Of a DNA stretch of 64,000 nt, positions 52,901 through 60,714 are shown piece by piece (the first letter of the stretch is position 1; each line of letters opens with the position of its first letter). The DNA comes from Saprospiraceae bacterium. Its GTDB lineage: Bacteria > Bacteroidota > Bacteroidia > Chitinophagales > Saprospiraceae. The stretch spans positions 2,062,323 to 2,126,322 of the forward strand of contig OZ244050.1 in the NCBI GenBank assembly GCA_965215115.1, in the 5' to 3' direction. Under the pieces are notes generated by a model, which had not been told where the DNA came from, did no database searches, and saw only the letters and a program-made list of their open reading frames with translations. Position numbers and translations under genes: made by a program.

Positions 52901-54526
52901 GACGGAGACACTCTCAACAAATCTCCAGAAATGGTGACTGAAAACTACATAATAAGCTTCGGAGAACGTACAGAATCCGATGCTATTTCGTTTAAAGAGC
53001 CGTATAGAAAGTTGATAAAAGATGTTTACCCGGAAAGACAAACAAAAAATGCGAAAAAGTATCCAAGAATGGTATATGAATGGTGGAAGTTCTGGAATTA
53101 TCGAAAAGAACTACACCGACAGCTCGATAATCTGGATGAAGTACTGTGTGTTGCGAGAGTGAGCAGAACACTAGCTTTTGCGGTGGTAAATGCTAAGCAA
53201 GTATTCCACGAGAAGCTTGTGGTGATGACTCGTTCGCTTGATGAAACATTTCCTGTATTACAATCAGACTTCCACAACTACTGGGCTTGGAAGTATTGTA
53301 CAACAATGAAAGATGATTTGACATATACTTCTAGCGCGATCTATCAGACATTTCCGTTTCCAGAAGCAAATTTGTTCAAACTTGTAGAATCTGGCTGCTT
53401 TTTTAGGTCTAAGAGACGCGAAGACCTATTGCTTCTAAGTTTAGGTCTGACAAAACTCTACAACCAATTCCACAACGCCCACCTCACCACCGATTACGAC
53501 ACCCTCTGGTCCGACGGCACCCTCACCATTGCCCCCGCCGAACTCAAAAAGCGCAAGCAGAGCAAGGAGACTTACAACCTCTACCGCCACCTCGACAAAA
53601 CGCCCGGTACGATCTCTATGGGCGAGGCCGTCGAGCGCATCGCCGAGTTGCGGCGCCTCCACAAGGAGATGGACCAGGCCGTGCTGGCGGCCTACGGCTG
53701 GGATAAACCCGGCAGGTACTGGGGTCCGGCCATCCGGCTGCGGCACGACTTCCACGAGGTGGACTACCTGCCCGACAACGATAATGTGCGCTACACCATC
53801 CACCCGGAGGCCCGGCGGGAGGTGCTCAAGCGGCTGCTGCTGCTCAATCACGAGATCCATGCGGCCGAGGTGCGGGGCGTGGAGTATGAGGTGGTGCGAG
53901 GAGAGAAGATCCGGCAGTTGATGCGCGAACAGGTGGAGGCGCTCTACCCCTATGTTGATCGCCTCCACGAGCGGACGGTCACCTTCCTCTCCTCGGCCGA
54001 GGAGTCTTTTGCCGGCGTGGAGCAGACCTTGGCGAAGAGCTACAAGGGCTACGTCTCCGAGCTGTCGAGTGCGTTGGAGAATGAGTTGGCCGAGCGGGTG
54101 TTCGTGGCTTTTGATGCGGAATTTCAGGGGCGGTACCGCAAGGAGGACGGGACGCGCGAGGCTTACCTAGACGCACAGGCGGCCATTGATCCGCAGAAAC
54201 TGGGTAAGTTTACGGGGCTGCTCAAGAAGCGCAGCACGAAATACGAGTTGGGGACGATGGAGTACTTGCTGTCGCTGGTGTATAAGGAGACCGGCTCGAC
54301 GCTGCGGTCGAGTGAGTTGCTACAGGACTTTCGGGCGTTTGTGCTGCGCGAAGTTGGGATTGGGGTTTTGGATCGGGGCTTTTTGGATGAGTTGAAGGGC
54401 TATGCTGCTAGGTATCGCAATGAGGCGGTGCATTTGGGGGAGGTGAGTAAGGTTGAGGCGGAGGCTTGTCGGGAGGTGGTGCTGGGGTTGTTGGGGGTGG
54501 TGGCTAATCAGCACTTGTCACGTTAG
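49940..54526 (+). CDS. Large N6-adenine DNA methyltransferase, Eco57I/type IIG-like architecture (DrmMI-like)
   Basis: 1528 aa. SAM motif VTDVTCGSGHILLAAA, catalytic GNPPF (52361-52372), C-terminal LRRLHKEMDQAVLAAYGW block. TAATG overlap with the SNF2 gene. Confidence 0.9.
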   Translation: MATKFPSVTLQGNILTFEALEKIAAGKDDGDMPRQTAREYGFASEQELRSEIQGQWAVAKTQYTAFQQQVERLKDSEPGTTKTRSGWMIPLLSLLGHDLRYQAKAQEIDGRAYAISHVASATAETGFGEIEDSRKQSRKTDAPSTNFPVHIVGANQSLDRRGEGMRMSPHALVQEFLNRHESLYAIVTNGKSLRLLRDSANLTKLSYVEFDLTRLFGEDLFTDFALLYRLLHISRLPEEPTAGADSILEKYHQEALKSGSRIRSKLSEAVERGIVMLANGLLANADNHALRQWAAEQPDAPAAYYEALLKLIYRLLFVMVIEERDLIFPPPETRADDGLDGLRGPQPMAHRDVYYQFYSLKRLRGLALNHRLANAREYDLWESLRNTFALFEPGGTGAKLGIGPLAGSLFGTQALSALQGGRVNNRVLLECLRGLSQFDNGQGGVMPVNYASLDVEEFGSVYEGLLEYAPHIDPKTLEFRFVKGQDRSSSGSHYTPDELVQPLIKHSLEHLIADRTVAPDAAEPKREAAIQQLLQLKVTDVTCGSGHILLAAARRIGLEVSRLRSQEEQPNPMAIREGTRDAIQRCIYGVDRNPLAVELCKVALWLEAHVPGRPLGFLDHRIKCGDAIVGVGHLEDLQKGIPTEAFKTFTSEEKSLGAALRKRNQKERKDREARVGGDYQTNLLSEQFSVKDRLAAFRQNFARFAEMPERTVAEIEEKEAAYRKLSQGSNWWFIKTLCDVQIAQFFIPKTDDKRVVTDSRFFEMMRGARDTQAEGAAVSESSERRFFHWFLEFPEVFAGGGFDCVLGNPPFLGGLKIPDKIDEIAHEYLQSMFHASGRADLVSYFFRRTYTLIGSAGKISLLATNTISQGDTRIAGLQSILKLGGVINFAIPSIVWPGAAEVRVASVSLSTKSGASAKKYIGSSEVTFISSYLDSAPELHPYKIKSNKNESFQGDNVAGLGFSITRSEVKTMIESDPKNEQVLFPYIDGDTLNKSPEMVTENYIISFGERTESDAISFKEPYRKLIKDVYPERQTKNAKKYPRMVYEWWKFWNYRKELHRQLDNLDEVLCVARVSRTLAFAVVNAKQVFHEKLVVMTRSLDETFPVLQSDFHNYWAWKYCTTMKDDLTYTSSAIYQTFPFPEANLFKLVESGCFFRSKRREDLLLLSLGLTKLYNQFHNAHLTTDYDTLWSDGTLTIAPAELKKRKQSKETYNLYRHLDKTPGTISMGEAVERIAELRRLHKEMDQAVLAAYGWDKPGRYWGPAIRLRHDFHEVDYLPDNDNVRYTIHPEARREVLKRLLLLNHEIHAAEVRGVEYEVVRGEKIRQLMREQVEALYPYVDRLHERTVTFLSSAEESFAGVEQTLAKSYKGYVSELSSALENELAERVFVAFDAEFQGRYRKEDGTREAYLDAQAAIDPQKLGKFTGLLKKRSTKYELGTMEYLLSLVYKETGSTLRSSELLQDFRAFVLREVGIGVLDRGFLDELKGYAARYRNEAVHLGEVSKVEAEACREVVLGLLGVVANQHLSR

Positions 54527-56153
54527 CATATCTCTTCCGGAGATCAGCCGACAATTTTTCTAATGATGCATCTTGACTAGAAAAGATTGGTTCAGAGGAT
54601 CGTGAGTTTGTTGGAAATGCAGACTTGTATGTGAGGGACGGTGCTTTGCGATATAGTTCACCTGCTGTAATTATGCGTAGTGGCGCAACGCTGTGCGAAT
54701 GATTGAACTTAGGCACTTGATACTCATCTCCTATAAGCTTCGTCCAAAGGTTATCAATAACACTGTGAGTGTGAAGCGACTCTAGCCATTCGCCCATGAC
54801 CACTAGACAGGGATAGATGATTAGCTTTTGCTTTGGCACAAGCAACCGCTTTGCTTTGTAAAGTACTGGTAGCCAGTCGATGCTTTTCTTCAGCTGCAGC
54901 AGTCCAACTGCTTCGTCAAATGGAACTTTATCGTTATCTTGCTTAAAAAGCTCATCAAAGGAAGTTCCGTACTCCTGGCTGTCTATCCAGCCAATTTGTT
55001 TTACTTGTCCAATGATGCACCTGTTCTGCTGATGGATGGTAAAATCTGCGAGTTCATCTCCTGAATTCGGGAGACTCTGCAAATCAGGCTTTCCTAAATA
55101 GGCGCGATTGAAGCGATTTGTTTTATTAATCAGATTAGCGAAGCAATCACCGACGAAAGCTTCAAGCTCATCGCCCTTGAATTTGCCTAGATCATCGGGC
55201 TGTACTCCCAAATTCTTTAACTTCGACCAGTAATATTGATCGATCAATCCAGACGAAAGATATTGAAACAAGCTAGGATAATCTGATATAACCTGCCCCG
55301 TTAAGTGCTCATTGACTTTCCCAGCGTCCACAACGGGCATCGATCTTATTAGACCTAAGCCCCGTACAGTGATAGCATTACTCTTAGCTCTAGCGATAAC
55401 TTCCTCGCAATCGAGACCCATCTTCAGATTAGAGTAAATATCTGTGTTCGAGAATGGATTTGGCCATTTTCTCGCATCAAAAGTGAATTTAAAATAATGG
55501 TTGTAAAACTCTTGCATGTTAGTGATGCTTGTTGTCGATGCTAGATAGTTCTCAATACCTAACGGGGTCCCCTTCTTTGCCTTACGCTCCAAGACGCCTA
55601 CGCGGTCTATCAAATGCTTTCCAAAAGCCAAATGGAAAGATTCATCTATTTTAGCATTATAAATATCAGATATAAGCCCTCTTATATTCAGACTTATTTC
55701 TGTTTGCCCAAGACTCGACGCGACAACATCGCTTTGATTTTGTATGCTAGTCTCGGCCTCAATAATGAGTGAGTAAATATCTACTTCAAATTGAATCGTT
55801 CTGTAAGACTCGTAAGTCTCTCGTTCAGGCAACCCGGATATGGCGTTAATATAGTTGCTGGCCGCTCTAATGCATCCACCACGAGACCATGGGAGATAGA
55901 CCGCGTTCATTTCTTCGCGCAGACGGTTCAAAGTCTCGGCTATTTCGGGGTATATGTTTGGAAATAGCTCGTTTAGCTTAGGATCATAAACACCTTCGCT
56001 GTAGTTGCCGTAGTTGATCATTGCGTGCACCCAGTTGCACGAAAATAGCCTCGCTAGTACTTCACGCGGGTCATACTCCCAGAGCAAATCAGATTGCACA
56101 AACTGAGGAAAATCTTTGGTGCTCGGCAGCCCCCGCAGTCGAATAGTCGTCAT
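54504..56153 (-). CDS. AT-rich hypothetical protein, candidate PD-(D/E)xK nuclease
   Basis: 549-aa ORF is the only long frame in the AT-rich block. Weak nuclease-like pattern GDELADFTIHQQNRCIIGQVKQ. Last gene of the minus-strand TcmP/DUF5131 operon. Confidence 0.5.
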   Translation of the reverse strand: MTTIRLRGLPSTKDFPQFVQSDLLWEYDPREVLARLFSCNWVHAMINYGNYSEGVYDPKLNELFPNIYPEIAETLNRLREEMNAVYLPWSRGGCIRAASNYINAISGLPERETYESYRTIQFEVDIYSLIIEAETSIQNQSDVVASSLGQTEISLNIRGLISDIYNAKIDESFHLAFGKHLIDRVGVLERKAKKGTPLGIENYLASTTSITNMQEFYNHYFKFTFDARKWPNPFSNTDIYSNLKMGLDCEEVIARAKSNAITVRGLGLIRSMPVVDAGKVNEHLTGQVISDYPSLFQYLSSGLIDQYYWSKLKNLGVQPDDLGKFKGDELEAFVGDCFANLINKTNRFNRAYLGKPDLQSLPNSGDELADFTIHQQNRCIIGQVKQIGWIDSQEYGTSFDELFKQDNDKVPFDEAVGLLQLKKSIDWLPVLYKAKRLLVPKQKLIIYPCLVVMGEWLESLHTHSVIDNLWTKLIGDEYQVPKFNHSHSVAPLRIITAGELYRKAPSLTYKSAFPTNSRSSEPIFSSQDASLEKLSADLRKRYANVTSAD

Positions 56154-56172
56154 TTTAGTATGCTTTATGTGG

Positions 56173-56937
56173 TCAAGCGCCTATTGAATCTCCAACAGAA
56201 GCTACGCCATGAGATATTGGCATCTCCCCCCACTCCCGTCCCGCCAATACCCGCCCGTTCGCCTTCTTCGAGCGCCGCTGGCCATCCTGTCCGTACGTAC
56301 CCCACTGCTTAAAGAAGAAAGCCACGTTTTGGCGCAAGCACTCATCCCGCACCCCCTCCGCCCAACCGGATGACATCGGCCTAGCCTTGACGCCGCTCTC
56401 CCCGCCGACGATGACCCAGTGGATGCCGTCGAGGTTTAGGTCTCCCAATCCCTCGAGCAGAGGCTCGCAGGAAAGGAAGCGGGTGCGGGCCGGTACCTCG
56501 CGGAGGGCCTCGATGCGGTGCAGCGTACGTCGGTCTTCGACGGAGGTCCCGAGCCAGGCGTTTTCAGGTACGACGCGAGTGGTGAAGTAGGCGACCATGC
56601 GTTCAGGTCGCTTGGTGAGGATTTGATACGTGTGACGAGGGGTATCCCGGATGGTGGCGAAGACGGCATCGAGGTGCTCTTCGGTCGCGCGCTCGTGGAA
56701 GAGGTCACTCATCGAGTTTACGAAATAGAGCGTGGGCTTGCGCACCTGGCGTGGGCCGTCGACTCGGCCGGCGTGCTCGCGGAAGGCGAAGCCGTCTTCG
56801 TAGCCGGGCGTCCCCATGGCCTGCAGACGCTTGGCCATGACAGCGGCGTAGCACTCGCGGCAGCCGGCGGAAAGTTTCGTACAGCCAGTTGATGGATTCC
56901 AGGTGGACTCGGTCCATTCGATGGCGGAGGTGCTCAT
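56173..56937 (-). CDS. DUF5131 (phage Gp37/Gp68 family) three-Cys protein
   Basis: 254 aa. N-terminus IEWTESTWNPSTGCTKLSAGCRECYA is the family signature, including the Cys triad. Confidence 0.85.
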   Translation of the reverse strand: MSTSAIEWTESTWNPSTGCTKLSAGCRECYAAVMAKRLQAMGTPGYEDGFAFREHAGRVDGPRQVRKPTLYFVNSMSDLFHERATEEHLDAVFATIRDTPRHTYQILTKRPERMVAYFTTRVVPENAWLGTSVEDRRTLHRIEALREVPARTRFLSCEPLLEGLGDLNLDGIHWVIVGGESGVKARPMSSGWAEGVRDECLRQNVAFFFKQWGTYGQDGQRRSKKANGRVLAGREWGEMPISHGVASVGDSIGA

Positions 56938-58037
56938 GGGGTGTAGGTGATGGTGACGAGGTCTTTTTCCTGGCCTAGGGCTGTTTCGTAGCGGGTCTTG
57001 GGGGATGTACCTGCGTAGGTAAGCTTCCTGGCTTTCTTGGCTGCTTGTAGGGCCTCGCGGCTGTGCGTTCCCGTGAAGCCACGGTTCTGGGTAAAGTGGA
57101 AGACCTCCTCATTCGTGACGGTACCGCGCTTCGCGATCCACTCCAGCAAGTCACGCTCGTATGTCTCGATCTTGCTCAGCTTCGGCAAACCGGTGAAGAT
57201 GTCGAACTGCCCGACGCCCCTCTGCTCCGGCAAAATGTAGTTTGCCTGCCCTGTTTCTTCATCCATACTCCAGGCCTGGCGAAGGAACTTGTCGGGGCCA
57301 CGTGGATGTTCAGAGGAGAAAATCACCCCGAAATAATTAGCTCCCCGCTTGAGTGCAAACGGAATGAACTGCCGACCTGGGCACACGAGTTCCTCGAAGC
57401 CTTTGGCTAGCGTTTGGTGCATGACCTGGACGGGCGCGTCAACGAGGACTGGGCCGACCTTCGGAAAGTGGCGCAGGATCGAGTCTTGAGTGATGAAGCG
57501 ACTGAGGGTGAAAGTACTGATGAAAAGGAGGAAATCTGTTTTGTAACGATGGCAAAGCCGATCTACGATCTGTTCGTTACCGAACTTGACCCCGTTTTGG
57601 TCGAGGATCTGGAGGGAGGGGGCCTTTGGCGGTAGCGTGTTGAGCACGTGCTCAAAACACTCGACGAAATCCATGTTGAGGACCTCCACGCTGCCGACCA
57701 TGTCCTTGTCCAGCTCTAGCCAGCCGTCAATAAACCGCTTCAGTTTCTTATGCTTCTCCGGCTTGAATTCGTTAAAAATTACGCGGACCTTCACGCTGCT
57801 GGTCGCTAGATTTTTCTTCTGCGAGCCGACTGCCTTCATGATTCTCTGGGGCGAACTGGGTACGCCGTTCGCATCGTAGCCGCCCGGGCCCGCAAAGTAG
57901 TCCACGATGTAGATCACGTCGTCCCTGTCGGCCTTCAGGAAGGTCGGCAGCCACGCTTCTGTGTACTTTTCGAAAAGTTGGAGCTTGGCCTGCGTGGTGG
58001 CGTCGTAGGGTTTGCCGTGGTGGTCCTTGACGGGCAT
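56934..58037 (-). CDS. tcmP: Three-Cys-motif partner protein TcmP
   Basis: 367 aa. TcmP-like N-terminus (HHGKPYDATTQAKLQLFEKYTEAWLPTF, IVDYFAGPGGY). ATGA overlap with the DUF5131 gene, the defining pairing. Confidence 0.75.
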   Translation of the reverse strand: MPVKDHHGKPYDATTQAKLQLFEKYTEAWLPTFLKADRDDVIYIVDYFAGPGGYDANGVPSSPQRIMKAVGSQKKNLATSSVKVRVIFNEFKPEKHKKLKRFIDGWLELDKDMVGSVEVLNMDFVECFEHVLNTLPPKAPSLQILDQNGVKFGNEQIVDRLCHRYKTDFLLFISTFTLSRFITQDSILRHFPKVGPVLVDAPVQVMHQTLAKGFEELVCPGRQFIPFALKRGANYFGVIFSSEHPRGPDKFLRQAWSMDEETGQANYILPEQRGVGQFDIFTGLPKLSKIETYERDLLEWIAKRGTVTNEEVFHFTQNRGFTGTHSREALQAAKKARKLTYAGTSPKTRYETALGQEKDLVTITYTP

Positions 58038-58095
58038 GGTCCGGTGTTTGAGGCAATACTACACAAATTGTTTGACAACGTGATACAGTTTAGGG

Positions 58096-58392
58096 TTGCG
58101 TCCTCCGATTTTTGCGCCGTTCTCTTGCGCGATGAGTCTGTTTTGGCGAAAGCTCACTCCAAAAACCAGCGGCACCGACAGATCGAGCGGCTTGCACCCA
58201 GGCAACGCAGTCCTCTACGTCTCGACGGGCGGCTTCAGCGGCGACGCCCGCCGCAAGGCAGATCGAGCGAACACCCCCAACACCCTTGTCGACCTCGACT
58301 GCCTCGCCGCGCTCTTGACGCAGTACTACGAGTCCTACGACGCCGACACCCGGACGCCGGCCCCAATGCGAAAGGTGTGGAGGCCGGTGTAG
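58096..58392 (+). pseudogene. C-terminal remnant of a restriction endonuclease (Mrr-type)
   Basis: Only the last ~65 codons look homologous (VLYVSTGGFSGDARRKA...LVDLDCLAALLTQYYESYD...RKVWRPV). There is no catalytic N-terminal part. Confidence 0.45.
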
Positions 58393-58417
58393 CATGTGGT
58401 CGCTACAATCAGCAAAA

Positions 58418-58846
58418 TCACCGTATCACCTTCGCCCTCCCACTAGCCGGCACTTCTATAAGCAGCGTCGAGGTCTGCTCCGCACTCTTTACGAGCAGCC
58501 GCACCTCGGGCCACGCACGGACCACCTGGACTACCGTGTCCCAGTACCGCGACTTCTTCGAAGGACGCTTAATAAATACCACGCCTACGCCGTGCTGGGC
58601 CAGTAAGGCAAACTGCTGTCGTCGGCGCTTGATGTTGACATCGTGCGTGAGGGCCATGGCCGACTGTAGTCCCAACTTGGGAATCCACTCCTCATCTAGA
58701 GCCCCGCGGCCAAATACATCGACGAGAGACTTCACCTGTAACTCGACACCGTCATCATCCTGCAGCCGGTCCTGCAGCACACTCAGTCCACGAATAAGGT
58801 TCGGTGACACGTTTTCATCCCCGTAGATAATCATGCGGCCATACAA
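58418..58846 (-). CDS. PIN-like domain protein (DUF5615 / VapC45-like toxin-type)
   Basis: 142 aa. IIYGDENVSPNLIRGL ... DEEWIPKLG...ALTHDVNIKRRRQQ pattern. Overlaps the upstream DUF433 gene by 16 nt. Confidence 0.6.
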   Translation of the reverse strand: MYGRMIIYGDENVSPNLIRGLSVLQDRLQDDDGVELQVKSLVDVFGRGALDEEWIPKLGLQSAMALTHDVNIKRRRQQFALLAQHGVGVVFIKRPSKKSRYWDTVVQVVRAWPEVRLLVKSAEQTSTLLIEVPASGRAKVIR

Positions 58847-59664
58847 AATTCGATTGCGTCTCGCACACGGCGCAGGGTCAAGTCATACTCCCTAGCGATC
58901 AACCTGATCGAGTCTCCGGCCTCGTGCATCCGGCACAGGACCTCCGCCTCGATGTTGGTGCCGACGATGACGGGTTGTCCGAAGCGGCGCTTAGGATTCA
59001 GTTCGATAGAGCCTTTGCCTGCACTCGGCTTGAAAGAACTCGCTGTGCCCTCGCTCGCGAACGACAGCTCCTGCACGAATTCACGGATCACCTCAAGGGC
59101 AAACTGGCGCTTGCCGTCGAGCGAGACTAAGCTCCCATTGATCTCCCAGTAGACACAGGCTCCGTCCGTCGCCATTTTGGACAGGATAGTCCGCTGCGCG
59201 AAAGGGTGACGCTGGCCCGTTAGCCGCTCCAGCTGCTCGGCCGCCTTGACGATCTTACGCGTGGTTACGCCAGCGGCGCGCAAGCGACTGAAGGTCTTGA
59301 GTTCGATGAGGGTGAGGAAGTCGATGGTGGGCTCGCCACCGAGCTGCCCGAAGCCATCCTGCTCAAAGTACCGCTGCGCCCACCCGCGCAGCCGCGTCAC
59401 CGGCTCGCCGAGGAGGCGTGCCGCGTCTGGGGGTGTGTAGGTGCCGGTGCCGAGTGCGAACATGGTGGCGCAAGGTACGCCTCTCGTGCCTATAGGTGCT
59501 CCCGGCAGCCCCACGGCCGTGGCCAGGTGCTGCGCGAAGACCGCCGGATCATCCACCGAGCGAACGGGCTTCCCGTGCGGGACGGTCGGCACCTCGCCGC
59601 CCTCGTACAGTCGATATTGGTTCACCCCAAAACCAAGGATATCGGACATCCCCCGCGCCGACAT
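58831..59664 (-). CDS. HTH plus DUF433 protein (antitoxin-type partner)
   Basis: 277 aa. XRE-like N-terminus (GMSARGMSDILGFGVNQYRLYEGGE), C-terminal DUF433 (RFGQPVIVGTNIEAEVLCRMHEAGDSIRLIAREYDL). The HTH appears to start upstream of the only ATG, so the gene may be 5'-truncated. Confidence 0.65.
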   Translation of the reverse strand: MSARGMSDILGFGVNQYRLYEGGEVPTVPHGKPVRSVDDPAVFAQHLATAVGLPGAPIGTRGVPCATMFALGTGTYTPPDAARLLGEPVTRLRGWAQRYFEQDGFGQLGGEPTIDFLTLIELKTFSRLRAAGVTTRKIVKAAEQLERLTGQRHPFAQRTILSKMATDGACVYWEINGSLVSLDGKRQFALEVIREFVQELSFASEGTASSFKPSAGKGSIELNPKRRFGQPVIVGTNIEAEVLCRMHEAGDSIRLIAREYDLTLRRVRDAIEFCMAA

Positions 59665-59865
59665 CCCGTACCGCTGGCGGATGCGCCGGATCTCTTCCGG
59701 GAAGGAGGTACCGTGCCTTTCCTGCGTTGGGCGCGTTCGACTGCCTCCGGGCAGCGCGCCCTAACCGCGCCGAGAACTAGAAGTACTCTCTCATTTGGCG
59801 CCGCTGCCTGACGGTAATCGAACGGCGTAGCCGGCACTGGCGAAGCCAACCAAACGCCCGCTCCA

Positions 59866-60609
59866 CTACATCAGCAATTGATAAATAGGCCACAGCCGCC
59901 CCATCTCCCCCGCCACCGTCTCCAAAATCCGATCCTCCCGCAAGCGCTCGTCGGACGGATCAAACGCCCGACTCACCATCGCGTACTTCCCCACCCGCAC
60001 CGTCCGCAAGGCCGCCTTGAGGTCGCCGACCGTCTCCATCTCGCTGAACTCGAAGGTATTCCCCTCGCCCGTCCACAGGTGGTACTCCCGCAGGCGCTGC
60101 ACCTCCGCCCACAGCGCCGCCAGCAGCTCCCGGTCCGCTTCCGTCGTCGGGCGCGCGGCGGCGCGTAGCTTCTCCTTCTCCCAAATCCCCGCCCCCGGCA
60201 TCCCGACCCGCAGCCAAATCCCGAGCCCGGAGCCCGTCACCGTCACCTGGATCCGCATCTGGTACACCGGACTCTCCTGGCCCTCCGGTACGCGACCGTC
60301 CAGCCGGTCCGTCTGCGCCTTGCTCCGGCCGTAGTGCAACCAGATCTCCTGGATCTTCGGCGAGTTGAAGTAACTGCCCTCCTCGCGGTGCGCTACCCTC
60401 GACGTTAAGTACGCGCGGTCGTAGTGCGGGTGCAGGTCCAGACCGCGCTCGGCGAGTTTTGGCGAAAGCCGTCCCTCCAGCTCGATGAGCCTGTCCTGGA
60501 CATCTTCCCTGGCGTGGCGCGCGGCGAGGGTCTGATCGCGGTGGCGAGCCGGCGCGAAGGCGGCGTAGTGGTCTTGCTTGAAGAAGTAGTCGGTGTCGTC
60601 GTGGCGCAT
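59866..60609 (-). CDS. Hypothetical protein
   Basis: 248 aa from the internal ATG (MRHDDTDYFFKQ). The longer ORF to 60765 would read through an intergenic inverted motif pair. Confidence 0.45.
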   Translation of the reverse strand: MRHDDTDYFFKQDHYAAFAPARHRDQTLAARHAREDVQDRLIELEGRLSPKLAERGLDLHPHYDRAYLTSRVAHREEGSYFNSPKIQEIWLHYGRSKAQTDRLDGRVPEGQESPVYQMRIQVTVTGSGLGIWLRVGMPGAGIWEKEKLRAAARPTTEADRELLAALWAEVQRLREYHLWTGEGNTFEFSEMETVGDLKAALRTVRVGKYAMVSRAFDPSDERLREDRILETVAGEMGRLWPIYQLLM

Positions 60610-60714
60610 GGGGCGGGGTAGTGGGTCGGAAGGTAAGCAGCGCTGTCGACGCCGCTGAAGTAAAATGCAGTCCCGCAAGCCTTGCCCCCTCACAGCTTCA
60701 TACTCGTATGTGAA

